Position numbers and translations under genes: made by a program
Notes under the pieces: generated by a model
Database searches by the model: none
What the model saw: only the letters and a program-made list of their open reading frames with translations
Told to the model about the DNA's origin: nothing
Shown: positions 23,489-32,978 of the stretch, piece by piece
Layout: the number at the start of each line of letters is the position of its first letter
Numbering within the stretch: position 1 is the first letter of the stretch
DNA from: a virus
Direction: 5' to 3' (one strand)
Length of the DNA stretch: 64,000 nt
Virus record (IMG/VR): IMGVR_UViG_3300009514_000014
Coordinates: 19,956-83,955 of that record

Positions 23489-24412
23489 CTAGCGCTGCTT
23501 TCCGTGTTTTATTGGTCGAAGCTCATTAGCGGCCATCTTGAATGCGAGAGTCTCTTCTAGATCGACACCTAAGCTCGCTGTCAGATCGAGTAGACGAATT
23601 AACGTATCGGCGAGCTCTTCGACAAAGTTGACGTAGATGGTGCACTGATCTTCGCCAATTTGATCGGGGTCGCCTAGCTGCTCGGGCGACTCTTTGCACA
23701 CACGCATGCAATGTGCAAGCGTAGTTGGCGTCAAGTGACGGTAAGCTTCCATCGCTTCGCCACAAAGTTCGCCAACGATCAGTGCCATCTTCTCCGGTAC
23801 ATTCATCCAGTCCGTCGTGAACTGTTTGGACTCGCGATACTTGGCGATCTGGTCGGCAAGGTGAGAGAGAGAAGCCGGACCTTGAAGTAAGCGACTGTAA
23901 AGAATAGTGAGCGTTTCTGTCCGCGACGGTATCTTGTTTGGGTTGGAGTTGTCTTTTGCGATCCCTGCACGGACATTTTCGATTTGTTCTTGCGGCTTCA
24001 ACACGGGTACGATCGCGCGCTTCTGTGCTTTTTCTTCAAGATCGGCGACTAATTCGGTGAAGGCGATCTCGTCCGATTTAGATTGCATGCTGCAGTATCG
24101 GGCGTAGTGGAGGCATTTATGATGCTCCACCATGTCATGCAGGTAGCTTTTGGCCATTCGTAGGGTGTCACTGACACCTTTGCCACTACGTTTGGTCCAC
24201 AAAAACTCGGCAAAGAATTCGCAATGCGAGCATCCGGCGACTACTCTTCGCCAATCGTTAGCTTCGGTCTCGAATGTCGCCGGAGGAGCTGGGGGCCCAT
24301 CTTCACCCCAAAACTGTGGGGCGGGGTTTAGTACACCGAGTGATATGCCAGACGTGATGGCGAGCGCTTGCTGGTGCCACGTCAGACCGAGATGTTGGAT
24401 GCGGCTTTTCAT
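23489..24412 (-). CDS. Protein with C-terminal MazG-like NTP pyrophosphatase domain
   Basis: ALIVGE..EAMEAYR..EELADTLIRLLDL..KM..N..RP.KHGK. Confidence 0.85.
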   Translation of the reverse strand: MKSRIQHLGLTWHQQALAITSGISLGVLNPAPQFWGEDGPPAPPATFETEANDWRRVVAGCSHCEFFAEFLWTKRSGKGVSDTLRMAKSYLHDMVEHHKCLHYARYCSMQSKSDEIAFTELVADLEEKAQKRAIVPVLKPQEQIENVRAGIAKDNSNPNKIPSRTETLTILYSRLLQGPASLSHLADQIAKYRESKQFTTDWMNVPEKMALIVGELCGEAMEAYRHLTPTTLAHCMRVCKESPEQLGDPDQIGEDQCTIYVNFVEELADTLIRLLDLTASLGVDLEETLAFKMAANELRPIKHGKQR

Positions 24413-24900
24413 TTGTTTTTCTTCCTCCACAGCCAAGGCGCCATAGGTGTCTTGCCGGCCCACAGGCCAATGGATTCTTTCTTCGCTTTCTTTTCGGCGC
24501 GGGCAAGAAGCTTGCTTTTAGAGTACTTCTTGTAGTGCCACGCCCAACCCTTGCGCACGAGTTGATAGCTCAAGCAGCGATACTTATTCTTGCCTCGGCA
24601 CAGGTCACCAAGCCATCGCCCGTACTTTCCTTTGCCGTTGACGTTGACTGTGACGTCACGCCCGAAGACGAACGCGACGGCGAACTTGGTTGCGTCTTTG
24701 CCGAAGGCTTGTTTCTTCTCGGGTGCGTCGACGCCTTGAATACGGACACGTTGGATGGTCCAGCAGCCCTTAGCACCGGGACGTAGGACGTCGACCGTGT
24801 CGGCGTCAAGAACACGTACGACTTTGCCTTTCCAGGTTTTTGTTTCGGCCCAAGCTGTGGTTGAAATAAACAGGGCTAACAGAATTGTGATGAATCTCAT
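24409..24900 (-). CDS. Thermonuclease (SNase) with signal peptide
   Basis: V.D.DT, RVR..GVDAPE..Q.FG, KYGR.L, GWAW.Y, GLW. Confidence 0.92.
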   Translation of the reverse strand: MRFITILLALFISTTAWAETKTWKGKVVRVLDADTVDVLRPGAKGCWTIQRVRIQGVDAPEKKQAFGKDATKFAVAFVFGRDVTVNVNGKGKYGRWLGDLCRGKNKYRCLSYQLVRKGWAWHYKKYSKSKLLARAEKKAKKESIGLWAGKTPMAPWLWRKKNK

Positions 24901-25187
24901 TTGTCGTCTCCTTCTTTTAGCAAACCCAGCTCGTCCAGCATCTGCAAGCATTGGTCTGCGCGATACAGTGCGTTTTCTCGTTCAGCGCCCTTCAAACAAA
25001 CGAAGTGCGCGGCTTCTATTTTCCTCATCGCCATTGGGTTGATGTCGGCGGTCGAAGCAACCGACAGGAGCGTCTGGCGTTCGCAAACATGAAATTGCTC
25101 AGCGAGCTCCTCTCGCAGTTTCACCTTCCACGGCGGAAGCTCGGGTCGCTCTGCTTGCCAAACACTCACCAGTACTCCTTCCATCAA
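24897..25187 (-). CDS. Hypothetical protein
   Basis: Coupled to both neighbours. Confidence 0.6.
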   Translation of the reverse strand: MMEGVLVSVWQAERPELPPWKVKLREELAEQFHVCERQTLLSVASTADINPMAMRKIEAAHFVCLKGAERENALYRADQCLQMLDELGLLKEGDDK

Positions 25188-26185
25188 TACTGTACTTTCA
25201 AGCGCACCACAGAGCCGGGTTGCTCGCGTTCGAGTTTGTTGATGGCTTCGTTCTCGTTGATGTACTTCATGTTGACGTCACAGATGACTGAGCGACGTCC
25301 GTGTTTCAACGCAGCTTCGGCCACAACACCGGACCCGGCGAAGGGGTCCAGCACCCATTCACGTTCGACGGTGGAGTTCAGCACGAGACGTTCCACGACC
25401 TCCAACGGTTTTTGTGTTGGCGGGTCATTGCGACCGGCGCGTTTGCCGACGAGGACGTTGGGGTACGAGCGGTCGTTGAGTGCGCGTTTGCCCTTCTCTA
25501 AGAACAGGATGCGCTCGGTCGATGTGGCCCAGTGGTAGCCGGTGCCCTTGCGGATAATCTTGTATGCAATCTCCACAATCTTCTGGCGCGCGGTGAGCAA
25601 CGGGTTATTCACGATTGCCAACAGCGTTTCGAGAAAGGTCTTGTCGACAGTCTCGCGGACCTTCAACCAGGTCAGCGTCGGCCATGGATGCCACGATTTG
25701 CCTACGACCGCGTGTAGCGGAGCGAGCAGTCCACCGAATGTCGCGTTGGTGTACTCGACGAGCACCGCATCATTTTTGAGGTAGAACGGATTGCGTCCGC
25801 TGTAGATGACGTGTTCGGTCTCGCAGTCGCAGAAACAGTACAGATGTGTATTGGGTCGCTGGACCTCGTGAAGCCAGTACAGCAAGTCCCAGTAGCGCGT
25901 GTTGGCCAAGATCGAAAACCAGGGATTGGAGCTCGCCTTGGAGTCCTTGAGCCGCGTTGTGGTGCCTACAGCCCGATGGCGCTCCAAGGACTCGTAGGGC
26001 GGGTCGGTGATCGTCAGTGCAATCACCTCGGGCAGTAAAGGGAGAATATGATCCCAGCTGCCCTCGATGATGATGCACTTTGTGGGTTCGACGTCATTCA
26101 TCGCCAGACCAAGAGCGACGTACAGGTCGTTTCTGGTCGCGATCAGGTCGTCGCGGAGGTTTGCCTGTCTACCAAAAAAATTCAT
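25184..26185 (-). CDS. N4/N6 DNA methyltransferase (beta class)
   Basis: ITDPPY before PTQKP and VLDPFAGSG. Confidence 0.9.
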   Translation of the reverse strand: MNFFGRQANLRDDLIATRNDLYVALGLAMNDVEPTKCIIIEGSWDHILPLLPEVIALTITDPPYESLERHRAVGTTTRLKDSKASSNPWFSILANTRYWDLLYWLHEVQRPNTHLYCFCDCETEHVIYSGRNPFYLKNDAVLVEYTNATFGGLLAPLHAVVGKSWHPWPTLTWLKVRETVDKTFLETLLAIVNNPLLTARQKIVEIAYKIIRKGTGYHWATSTERILFLEKGKRALNDRSYPNVLVGKRAGRNDPPTQKPLEVVERLVLNSTVEREWVLDPFAGSGVVAEAALKHGRRSVICDVNMKYINENEAINKLEREQPGSVVRLKVQY

Positions 26186-26188
26186 AAA

Positions 26189-26977
26189 CTAGAGCATCCA
26201 GTCCATGTCTTCGAAGCAGCACGGAATCAGCTTGATGAACATCGCGAGTGCTTGCTTCATCGTGCTGCGAATTTCCCACTGCGCGTGTCCGTCGCAGCGC
26301 AGTGTGAAGACGTGCCGCCATTGGCGGATGTTGTACGTCGTGCAGACTTCCGTCTTGCAGGCGTTTGGCAAGACGAAACGCGCGTCCTCAGCCTTAACGC
26401 CGTTCGCCAGCAGATTGAGGTAGGTTTGATAGCTTGTCAGGCACTGATACAGGAACGCGTTTGTTCGTTCTGTTTCAGGTGAAGGTGGCATATTGGCGGA
26501 GATGAGCTTGTGACCTTGATTGAGTGGAGCAGCCTCGTTTCTGAAAACCATGACGTCGCGCGCTTGATTCAATCGATACACGGTACCTGCAGGTAAGTCG
26601 TCGATGGTTGATGGGCAGATGACCTTCAGCAACTTACCGTGTTTCTTTTTGCCATAGTTGCAAAAGCGCTGTGACTCTTGCGAGTATGCGGCGATGCGGT
26701 GCCGCACGAGCTGATGGGACGCTGTTCGCGAAAACGTAAAGCGACCTGTGATGGCGCCGTGCTCCAACACCGACTCGTGTTTCGAGACCTCGTCTTTGCC
26801 TTTGATGGCAACGCGTTTGATCAGTGTGTCGGCAGAATCTTCGGTGATCTTATCCTCCGATTTGTAGCAAACGCGGATGCAGCGCTCCAACAATTGTGGG
26901 ATGCGGGCGACCTCCTCGGGGTCACTGAGGAGCTCGAAGGAGGGTGTGACGATTTGAATTCCTGGATGATCGATCAT
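26189..26977 (-). CDS. thyX: FAD-dependent thymidylate synthase
   Basis: HESVLEH, HQLVRHR..SQESQR, EDARFVLP, AQWEIR. Confidence 0.95.
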   Translation of the reverse strand: MIDHPGIQIVTPSFELLSDPEEVARIPQLLERCIRVCYKSEDKITEDSADTLIKRVAIKGKDEVSKHESVLEHGAITGRFTFSRTASHQLVRHRIAAYSQESQRFCNYGKKKHGKLLKVICPSTIDDLPAGTVYRLNQARDVMVFRNEAAPLNQGHKLISANMPPSPETERTNAFLYQCLTSYQTYLNLLANGVKAEDARFVLPNACKTEVCTTYNIRQWRHVFTLRCDGHAQWEIRSTMKQALAMFIKLIPCCFEDMDWML

Positions 26978-26992
26978 GGCGGTTCCGTTCGG

Positions 26993-27154
26993 TTATTGGG
27001 TTAGACACAGCATGCCTAGCGCTGCCGCAAGCAACACGGCACATCCTGCGAAGTTGTATTTCCATGTCCTGACGCGATCGCGCAGCACGTCGTTGTCATG
27101 TTGAAGCGCGATGTACGCCTCTTTGATTGCAAACTCGTCCATGGCTTGGCTCAT
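26993..27154 (-). CDS. Small membrane protein
   Basis: Coupled ATGA start; coiled coil followed by hydrophobic tail. Confidence 0.5.
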   Translation of the reverse strand: MSQAMDEFAIKEAYIALQHDNDVLRDRVRTWKYNFAGCAVLLAAALGMLCLTQ

Positions 27155-27837
27155 TGGGCGTTTTCGCTCTCGTAGGCATTCAGGCCGTCGTTGATCATTT
27201 TGCATATTGCTTCCTCTGGCATTCGCCGAACTTTCTCGTGTCGACGCTTGCATGCCGAGTTCCAGGGGCGGGCCACTACCAGCACTTGCAAGCGGTTGGT
27301 GGTGTCTTGCTCCGCGATGTCGACGGCTTGGTTGTAGTCGTCTTCGATGAACACTGTCTTGCGTCGTGGATATTGCAAATAGTGTGTGTACAGCGCGGAG
27401 TACTTTGAAGCTTGCAAGCAGGAAAAATGCACTTGAGTGTCGGGTCCGAAGCCGTGACTGAACAGCCAACTGCTGGTGGCTTTCTCCAGACCGAAGTTGA
27501 CGCGTCTGGCAGTGATGAAATCTGTGCCAGGCCAGCGCTGGAGGACTTGCCACATGCGCATGTAGGAAGCCAAGCCGTAGTAGAAACCGGGATTGCTCCA
27601 CAGCTTAGCTGTAACCTCCGCGACGAACTTCGGGTAGTCCGGTACATCTTGCCCGTGTTGCAACAGAAAGTCATGAACTTGAGGCTCGGAGGGGAATTCG
27701 GTGCAAACAGAAATTGGCACTGCAACATCGAATCGTTGCCATAGCCAAGTGAGCATTGCTGAGTGGATGTTGACCAGCACGCCGTCGATGTCGGAGACGA
27801 GGTTGGTGTCTTCAGGGTTGAATTTGTGGTTGGCCAT
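27151..27837 (-). CDS. HAD-family 5'(3')-nucleotidase-like protein
   Basis: DIDGVL, FITAR, T..WL..HG, FIEDD, RPWN. Confidence 0.88.
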   Translation of the reverse strand: MANHKFNPEDTNLVSDIDGVLVNIHSAMLTWLWQRFDVAVPISVCTEFPSEPQVHDFLLQHGQDVPDYPKFVAEVTAKLWSNPGFYYGLASYMRMWQVLQRWPGTDFITARRVNFGLEKATSSWLFSHGFGPDTQVHFSCLQASKYSALYTHYLQYPRRKTVFIEDDYNQAVDIAEQDTTNRLQVLVVARPWNSACKRRHEKVRRMPEEAICKMINDGLNAYESENAQ

Positions 27838-27883
27838 TACCGGGTCTCCATGAGGTCAAAGTTGAGCGCGAATGGCGAGAACT

Positions 27884-28081
27884 CTATCCATTTTCCGTGT
27901 CCTTTTTCTCTGCGGCCTTCTTGGCGAGATAGCGTTTGCGTGCGCGTGCGGAGTCTCGAGCCTGCAAGCAGCGCTGTTCGTAGCACCACTTGGTGTCTCG
28001 CTTTTTGCCTTTGAAGGTCTCGCCGCAGTTAGTGCAAATGCAGGTGTAACGTGCTCGATGTTGTCCTGGCGGTTTTGCCAT
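27884..28081 (-). CDS. Small Zn-finger protein
   Basis: CTNCG.TF....KWC...C. Confidence 0.65.
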   Translation of the reverse strand: MAKPPGQHRARYTCICTNCGETFKGKKRDTKWCYEQRCLQARDSARARKRYLAKKAAEKKDTENG

Positions 28082-28084
28082 CGG

Positions 28085-28630
28085 TTACTCTTTTGCTGTT
28101 GGGTCGTCGAGGAGTGCCGCGAAGCGTCTCGAGTTAGGGTCTGTTTGCTTTTCACCGAGAGCCTCACCGATCACTTCTTGCTCGGTGAGCTCCGGAACGA
28201 TGGGCGCTGTTCCTACTTTTGATTCGATGCCGCCACGACTGACGTACACTGGACGTTTCGCTTTTAGAATACGAGCATCGCCGTCGGAGAATAGAATGAC
28301 GTATGCGGCGCGACGAACTGCCTCTTGGCTGCGCACGTGCTGCAAAGTGGCTTCTCTGAATGTGACGCCTCTTTGCATGTCTCTCATGTTCAGTTCAAGC
28401 AGACCATTGGCCGTGATGCGACCGATCATGACCTGTAGCTCTCGACGTTCCGCTCGCACGAAGTCTTTGTCGCGTACTGGAGCTACACCACGTCGGTCGA
28501 GTCCACTTGGCATTCGCACCCACGGTTTGGTCGCCCCACGCTCGCGCTCGCCACTGGCTGCATCTGGGACGGCTGGAGCGACTGCGTTGATGAAATCCAA
28601 GAAAGGACTACTTGGCTTTCTGTTTTTCAT
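28085..28630 (-). CDS. Hypothetical protein
   Basis: Part of the contiguous minus-strand operon. Confidence 0.7.
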   Translation of the reverse strand: MKNRKPSSPFLDFINAVAPAVPDAASGERERGATKPWVRMPSGLDRRGVAPVRDKDFVRAERRELQVMIGRITANGLLELNMRDMQRGVTFREATLQHVRSQEAVRRAAYVILFSDGDARILKAKRPVYVSRGGIESKVGTAPIVPELTEQEVIGEALGEKQTDPNSRRFAALLDDPTAKE

Positions 28631-28769
28631 CCTGCTTGTCCAAGAAGTCCACGCACAGGTCATCAACAAACTGTGCGATGGTGATGTCTTTCTTCACGCA
28701 ATGCGCGACGACTTTAGCATGTGTATCACCCTTGATGGAGACTTGCGTTTTCTTTGTTTTTCTTTTCAT
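28608..28769 (-). CDS. Small ribbon-helix-helix-like protein (53 aa, not in the ORF track)
   Basis: MKRKTKKTQVSIKGDTHAKVVAHCVKKDITIAQFVDDL..; GGAGG RBS; ATGA coupling. Confidence 0.65.
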   Translation of the reverse strand: MKRKTKKTQVSIKGDTHAKVVAHCVKKDITIAQFVDDLCVDFLDKQDEKQKAK

Positions 28770-29137
28770 GTCGGTTGGCCTCCCCCTTGTGACAATTCAT
28801 GCAAGATAGCAGGCGTCAGTCCTGCACGTTTCATCTCGATGAACATGGCGCCAGTCTTGATGCCGAGGTAGTTTGCGACCTCACGTCGATTGCCGCAGAA
28901 ACGAAACCAGGCTTGAGTGAACAGCGAGCGTGCTGCAGTGACAGCCGCCAGTCGTTTTCGGAAAGCCAGGTAGGTCTCGCCTTCGCGCTGTCCTAGCATG
29001 TTTAGCTTCTCTAAGTAACCCAAAGATGGAACGTCCTCTTCAGGCCGTCTTGGCGGTCTAGGGGCTCCTCGCTTCTTCTTTGGCTTAGCTGGCTCGGTTG
29101 CTCCGGGTGTAGGAATTGTAGGTGGTGCGTCGCTCAT
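28766..29137 (-). CDS. Fis-type HTH regulator
   Basis: GNRREVANYLGI.......MKRAGL. Confidence 0.7.
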   Translation of the reverse strand: MSDAPPTIPTPGATEPAKPKKKRGAPRPPRRPEEDVPSLGYLEKLNMLGQREGETYLAFRKRLAAVTAARSLFTQAWFRFCGNRREVANYLGIKTGAMFIEMKRAGLTPAILHELSQGGGQPT

Positions 29138-29139
29138 GC

Positions 29140-29236
29140 ATACAACTGTAATCGAAACAGGCATAGAGTCAAGCATATTTTTTTACCAATTTTTTATCAT
29201 TTATTACTTGCGGTACAGATCTACTATTGGTAATCT
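29140..29236. promoter_or_regulatory. Divergent promoters in an AT-rich spacer
   Basis: Minus strand TTGACT-16-TACAGT; plus strand TTGCGG-17-TAATCT; T-rich tract between them. Confidence 0.55.
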
Positions 29237-29261
29237 GCCCTTGAGAAGTGAAGGTGAATCG

Positions 29262-29576
29262 ATGGCTAAAGTTAGGCCTAAGACTAAAAAGAAGACCACC
29301 AAGAAGGCGCGCACTCCGGTGTCGCCCAGCAAGGCTGCTGTGCCTGAGAAGACACGTCAGACCTACGTATTCGATCATGAAACGCTCGGTGATGCTGCAT
29401 TCATTCAGCGGGTGTTACGCGCTTCCACTGCGACGCACGCAGCGAAGTACGCCATTCGTCGTGTCGCTGAGATGTTGCGCTACGTTGACGAGGGTGGACA
29501 GATTCAAGTTGGATTCAAGGGTAACCGAAAGACGGTCATACTCGACTTCCCACGAAGTGACGGCAAGACTGTCTGA
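29262..29576 (+). CDS. Putative small DNA-binding regulator
   Basis: AAGGTG RBS; basic N-terminus; RHH-like pattern. Confidence 0.6.
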   Translation: MAKVRPKTKKKTTKKARTPVSPSKAAVPEKTRQTYVFDHETLGDAAFIQRVLRASTATHAAKYAIRRVAEMLRYVDEGGQIQVGFKGNRKTVILDFPRSDGKTV

Positions 29577-30148
29577 TGTTTCGCCCTCCGGTTCGCGACA
29601 AACAAGCCAACTTCAATCTGTGGACATCAGGAGCGTACGGCAATCGTTTGCATGCCTGGCCCACTGTCGCTGCCTATCGGGCCTCAGGTTTTCCTGGTCG
29701 AATAGTGTTGCGGTACCTTGGTGCCACTGGTTGCGGGTTGTGTGAGTACAATCTGTATGACAGTGAGATTGACGCCATTGTCGAGGAGTGGCGAAAGCAA
29801 GGCGCCGATCCTGACCTGGTGATGGTTAACGAAGCGGCTCCGGACTACGCTGTGACGCTACAGGGTGAGCTGTTCACAGGCGTCACACCTGACAATCGAC
29901 CTGACTACTTCCTCTACTCGACAGTGGTTGCGCATATGCGACCTGCACTTGCCGCACGCTCGCGAGTCGTCACAGGATTGACGACTCGCATGTTGTTGCG
30001 CCAGCACATGACGCCTTCAAGCCTCGCAGATTTAGATCTGTTAATCGACAACTACCCTGATCACGTGCTAGAGATTAGCGTGTTTCGAATTTGTCTCGGC
30101 GACATTCCAGGTCGTAACTCTCTAGTCTGGGAGGTTCGTCGATACTGA
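29576..30148 (+). CDS. Hypothetical protein
   Basis: Coupled start; 190 aa ending WEVRRY. Confidence 0.75.
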   Translation: MFRPPVRDKQANFNLWTSGAYGNRLHAWPTVAAYRASGFPGRIVLRYLGATGCGLCEYNLYDSEIDAIVEEWRKQGADPDLVMVNEAAPDYAVTLQGELFTGVTPDNRPDYFLYSTVVAHMRPALAARSRVVTGLTTRMLLRQHMTPSSLADLDLLIDNYPDHVLEISVFRICLGDIPGRNSLVWEVRRY

Positions 30149-30160
30149 AAGGACCAGTCG

Positions 30161-30679
30161 ATGTACCTCGCCTTATTGCTTGCACTAGCCAACGGCCATG
30201 CACCCCCAGCGATTTCCGCCACTATCAAAGCTCAGGCTGTAGAAGTCGTCTCCGGCCGGCTGTCCGTCTACCACCCGCATGACGGTTTCAATCGGGGCAT
30301 CTTGAGCTGCTCGGGTGCCGCCCCCATCAAGTTCACGTGGGAGCAAAATCACATTGCCTTCAGACAGTGGCGGCGCATGGGCTGCGGGCGTCAAGTTCTT
30401 GTCTGCGCCAAAACGACTGGTCGATGCGCCGTATCCAAAGTACGTGATGCAGGTCCTTACGGCATCTACACCGGCAAGCTTCATGGAGCCGTGAAAGACG
30501 GTCGTTGGAAGGTGTGGGTCAAACGGCGTCCACCTAAGGGCTGGAAGTGGCGCGCTGCCGTCGATTTGTCGTATGGATTGTGGAAGCGACTAGGAAAGCC
30601 TGGCGGCCTGACAAACGTGTCGATGCACTTCCTGCCTAAGGAATCGAACGGCGGCTACGGTAGGGTGCCTTCCGCTTAG
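30161..30679 (+). CDS. RlpA/DPBB-like lytic transglycosylase, candidate endolysin
   Basis: Signal anchor; IA.R..CG..V.V..V.DAGP..VDLS. Confidence 0.65.
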   Translation: MYLALLLALANGHAPPAISATIKAQAVEVVSGRLSVYHPHDGFNRGILSCSGAAPIKFTWEQNHIAFRQWRRMGCGRQVLVCAKTTGRCAVSKVRDAGPYGIYTGKLHGAVKDGRWKVWVKRRPPKGWKWRAAVDLSYGLWKRLGKPGGLTNVSMHFLPKESNGGYGRVPSA

Positions 30680-31178
30680 GCGGAAGTTTGACGGGCTGCT
30701 GCTTGACGTAGATGATCTTTGTCTTCTGAGCTGACAGTTTCTTCAAGGCTTCCGCCATGTTTGCCTGGCGTTTTTTGTCCGTCTCTGCGGCGATCTTGAA
30801 GCGCTCCATCTTTTGCCCGACCGTCACGACTCCCCATAGCAGTGAGCCAAGGAAGCCCAGGACTGTAGCTACTCCGACGGCGACACCCACCCAGTACTTC
30901 AAACCCTTGGGCGTAGCGACTGGTGTCATGTCGGAGAGTATTTTGGCGTGCTGCTCCGCGTTTTCTGCGATGGTTTGGTCAAGTGCATCGCGGATGCCAT
31001 CGCGGAGTGCGGCACATTCAGTTTGGCGGACGGCCGAACCATTTAGTCGACTGAGATGCGCATTGACATCCGACAGGCCACCTTCGAGGTCTCTTTGCCC
31101 TTGCTCCAGATTCTTGATGCCTTTTCTGGATTCTCCGACGTGGATGAGTATTTGTGTGAGGGGGTCGGTCTCGCTCAT
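30636..31178 (-). CDS. Coiled-coil plus TM protein (lysis-associated?)
   Basis: NGS motif; TM segment; basic tail. Confidence 0.7.
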   Translation of the reverse strand: MSETDPLTQILIHVGESRKGIKNLEQGQRDLEGGLSDVNAHLSRLNGSAVRQTECAALRDGIRDALDQTIAENAEQHAKILSDMTPVATPKGLKYWVGVAVGVATVLGFLGSLLWGVVTVGQKMERFKIAAETDKKRQANMAEALKKLSAQKTKIIYVKQQPVKLPPKRKAPYRSRRSIP

Positions 31179-31615
31179 TGCACTGTTCCAGTTTTCTTCA
31201 CAGCAACTGCAATCCCAACCGTTGCTCCTGCCCCTACCACGAATCCGACGGTCATCCATAAGTATGGAGATCGCCACCAGGCGTCTTTGCTGGCAAATGC
31301 CTTGGCTTGTGCTTCGGCAGTATCTTTCCAGGCCTTGGTGATGGCCTGATTAGTCTTTTCGTTGAGCTCAAGAATGCGCACACGATCGATGTTATTGCTG
31401 AGACGCGCCTCGGTCTTCTTCAACGTCGCCCTGACCTTCGGCAGCTGCTTGGCGTCCTTCAACCTTCGACGTGCGACTGGCATAGGGAACCAGACGCCCT
31501 TCACACCTTTGTGCAGCATGCCGACGGCGTCGGTCTTACTGGGCTGGGACGTAGGCTGTCCGTAGGCAGAGGAGCTCACCAGCAGACTCACGATCACGAT
31601 GCAGCATCTCAGCAT
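31175..31615 (-). CDS. Signal peptide, coiled coil and C-terminal TM (spanin-like)
   Basis: Topology and position in the lysis block. Confidence 0.6.
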   Translation of the reverse strand: MLRCCIVIVSLLVSSSAYGQPTSQPSKTDAVGMLHKGVKGVWFPMPVARRRLKDAKQLPKVRATLKKTEARLSNNIDRVRILELNEKTNQAITKAWKDTAEAQAKAFASKDAWWRSPYLWMTVGFVVGAGATVGIAVAVKKTGTVQ

Positions 31616-31617
31616 GG

Positions 31618-31953
31618 CTATTTCTCCAGCTCGTTGAACTCGGCGATGACGTCGGCGTCTGAGAGCCCGTCAACCTCTTTGACGACAGCAACTGTGGCGC
31701 GTTTGGCCTCGATTATCTTCTTGTCGAGCTCGAGGCCCTTTTCGCGATTGGTGATCAATTCAATCTTACGGGCCTCCTTGTCCGCTTCAAGTCCGGCAAC
31801 TTTGGCGGTTGTCTTCATCATGGCCAACTCGCCTCGAAGCTGCTCCGCCACTTTCTTTTGGCGGAGCAGCAATAGGACGAAGAGGAGAATGACGCCTGCG
31901 CCACCTGCAATGAGTGCGATGCCGAGGCGCCAATGTGTTCTCCACCAGCTCAT
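31618..31953 (-). CDS. N-anchored coiled-coil protein (Rz-like)
   Basis: N-terminal TM followed by coiled coil. Confidence 0.65.
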   Translation of the reverse strand: MSWWRTHWRLGIALIAGGAGVILLFVLLLLRQKKVAEQLRGELAMMKTTAKVAGLEADKEARKIELITNREKGLELDKKIIEAKRATVAVVKEVDGLSDADVIAEFNELEK

Positions 31954-31956
31954 GGC

Positions 31957-32562
31957 CTACTCCGCGTCCGCCTTCTTGGGTGCCGGTGACGGTTCGTCCG
32001 TCTTCTTTTTGCTGCCGAGGAAGGGCACATACTTGAATGCTGCCGAGTACATGCCTGCAGCCGACGTACCCATGGTTATGCCACCGACAATGGCGTCGAG
32101 CCACCCGCTGCCGGCTGCAATGGCAAACGCTCCTTGACCGATAACACCGAGACCGATGGCGACCCAGGGTAGTACCTTTGGTGGAATCTTTTTGCCGACT
32201 AAAGTGTTCAGCAGCCATGTCAGCAGCATGAGCAGAATACCGACGAACAGCGCCCACTTTCCTGACTTGGCTGCCGCAATCATGCTGGTGATCATGTTGA
32301 GCGGACTGTCCTTGTCGACATCCTTTGGCGCGTTGGTCGGTGTCGGTGCCGGAACTTGCTCGATCTTCGTGATGGCGGGCTGTGATGTCGGAGCCTTGGT
32401 TGCCGCTGCTGCGACTTTTGTTGCCGTCTTTGCAGGCGCTTTAGTGGTGGTCTTCGCGACTGCGGGTTTGACTGCGCCGTCGGCGGCGAGTGCTGTGGAG
32501 CCGATCGTGGCGACGCTGAACAGCAGCGTCAGCATAATTGCTGTCTTCTTCTGGGTTCTCAT
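31957..32562 (-). CDS. Holin-like membrane protein
   Basis: Signal peptide, Ala/Thr/Pro linker, three TM segments ending SAAGMYS. Confidence 0.65.
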   Translation of the reverse strand: MRTQKKTAIMLTLLFSVATIGSTALAADGAVKPAVAKTTTKAPAKTATKVAAAATKAPTSQPAITKIEQVPAPTPTNAPKDVDKDSPLNMITSMIAAAKSGKWALFVGILLMLLTWLLNTLVGKKIPPKVLPWVAIGLGVIGQGAFAIAAGSGWLDAIVGGITMGTSAAGMYSAAFKYVPFLGSKKKTDEPSPAPKKADAE

Positions 32563-32579
32563 TATGTTCCTCCATGCGC

Positions 32580-32978
32580 TTATGCGCTAGCCTGCGTGAT
32601 GTTTGGCAGGAATTCAATGATGCCTCGTGCTAATCGCACCCGCTCAGGGGTCGCGAGTAGCGCCTTGATATCGTAGTTCCAGGTGCCAGCCAAGTCGGCC
32701 GTATCGTCGTGCTTGAAGGTCACCTTGAATATGCCTGAAGCGGGCGTGACGATCGCCATCTCCGTCGCCTCGGCAGTGCTGTAGGCCAGCAAGGCTTCAG
32801 AGTCCGCATCGGTGTTGTCCCGCTTGATGGTGAACCACAGTTTGGCGCCAGTCAGATCGAGTGGCGTGTCTGCCGGACGTTCCACCGTAAAGGTGTGGGT
32901 GTAGTCGTCACCGGCATGAATCGGTCGAAAGTTGTTACGTTCTAGTGCTGCAGCGGTGATGTTGTATTCTTGACTCAT
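32580..32978 (-). CDS. Virion Ig-like (BppU-like) protein
   Basis: GD...F..PLDLTGA..FTIK..G...V..DT..L..YDI. Confidence 0.75.
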   Translation of the reverse strand: MSQEYNITAAALERNNFRPIHAGDDYTHTFTVERPADTPLDLTGAKLWFTIKRDNTDADSEALLAYSTAEATEMAIVTPASGIFKVTFKHDDTADLAGTWNYDIKALLATPERVRLARGIIEFLPNITQASA

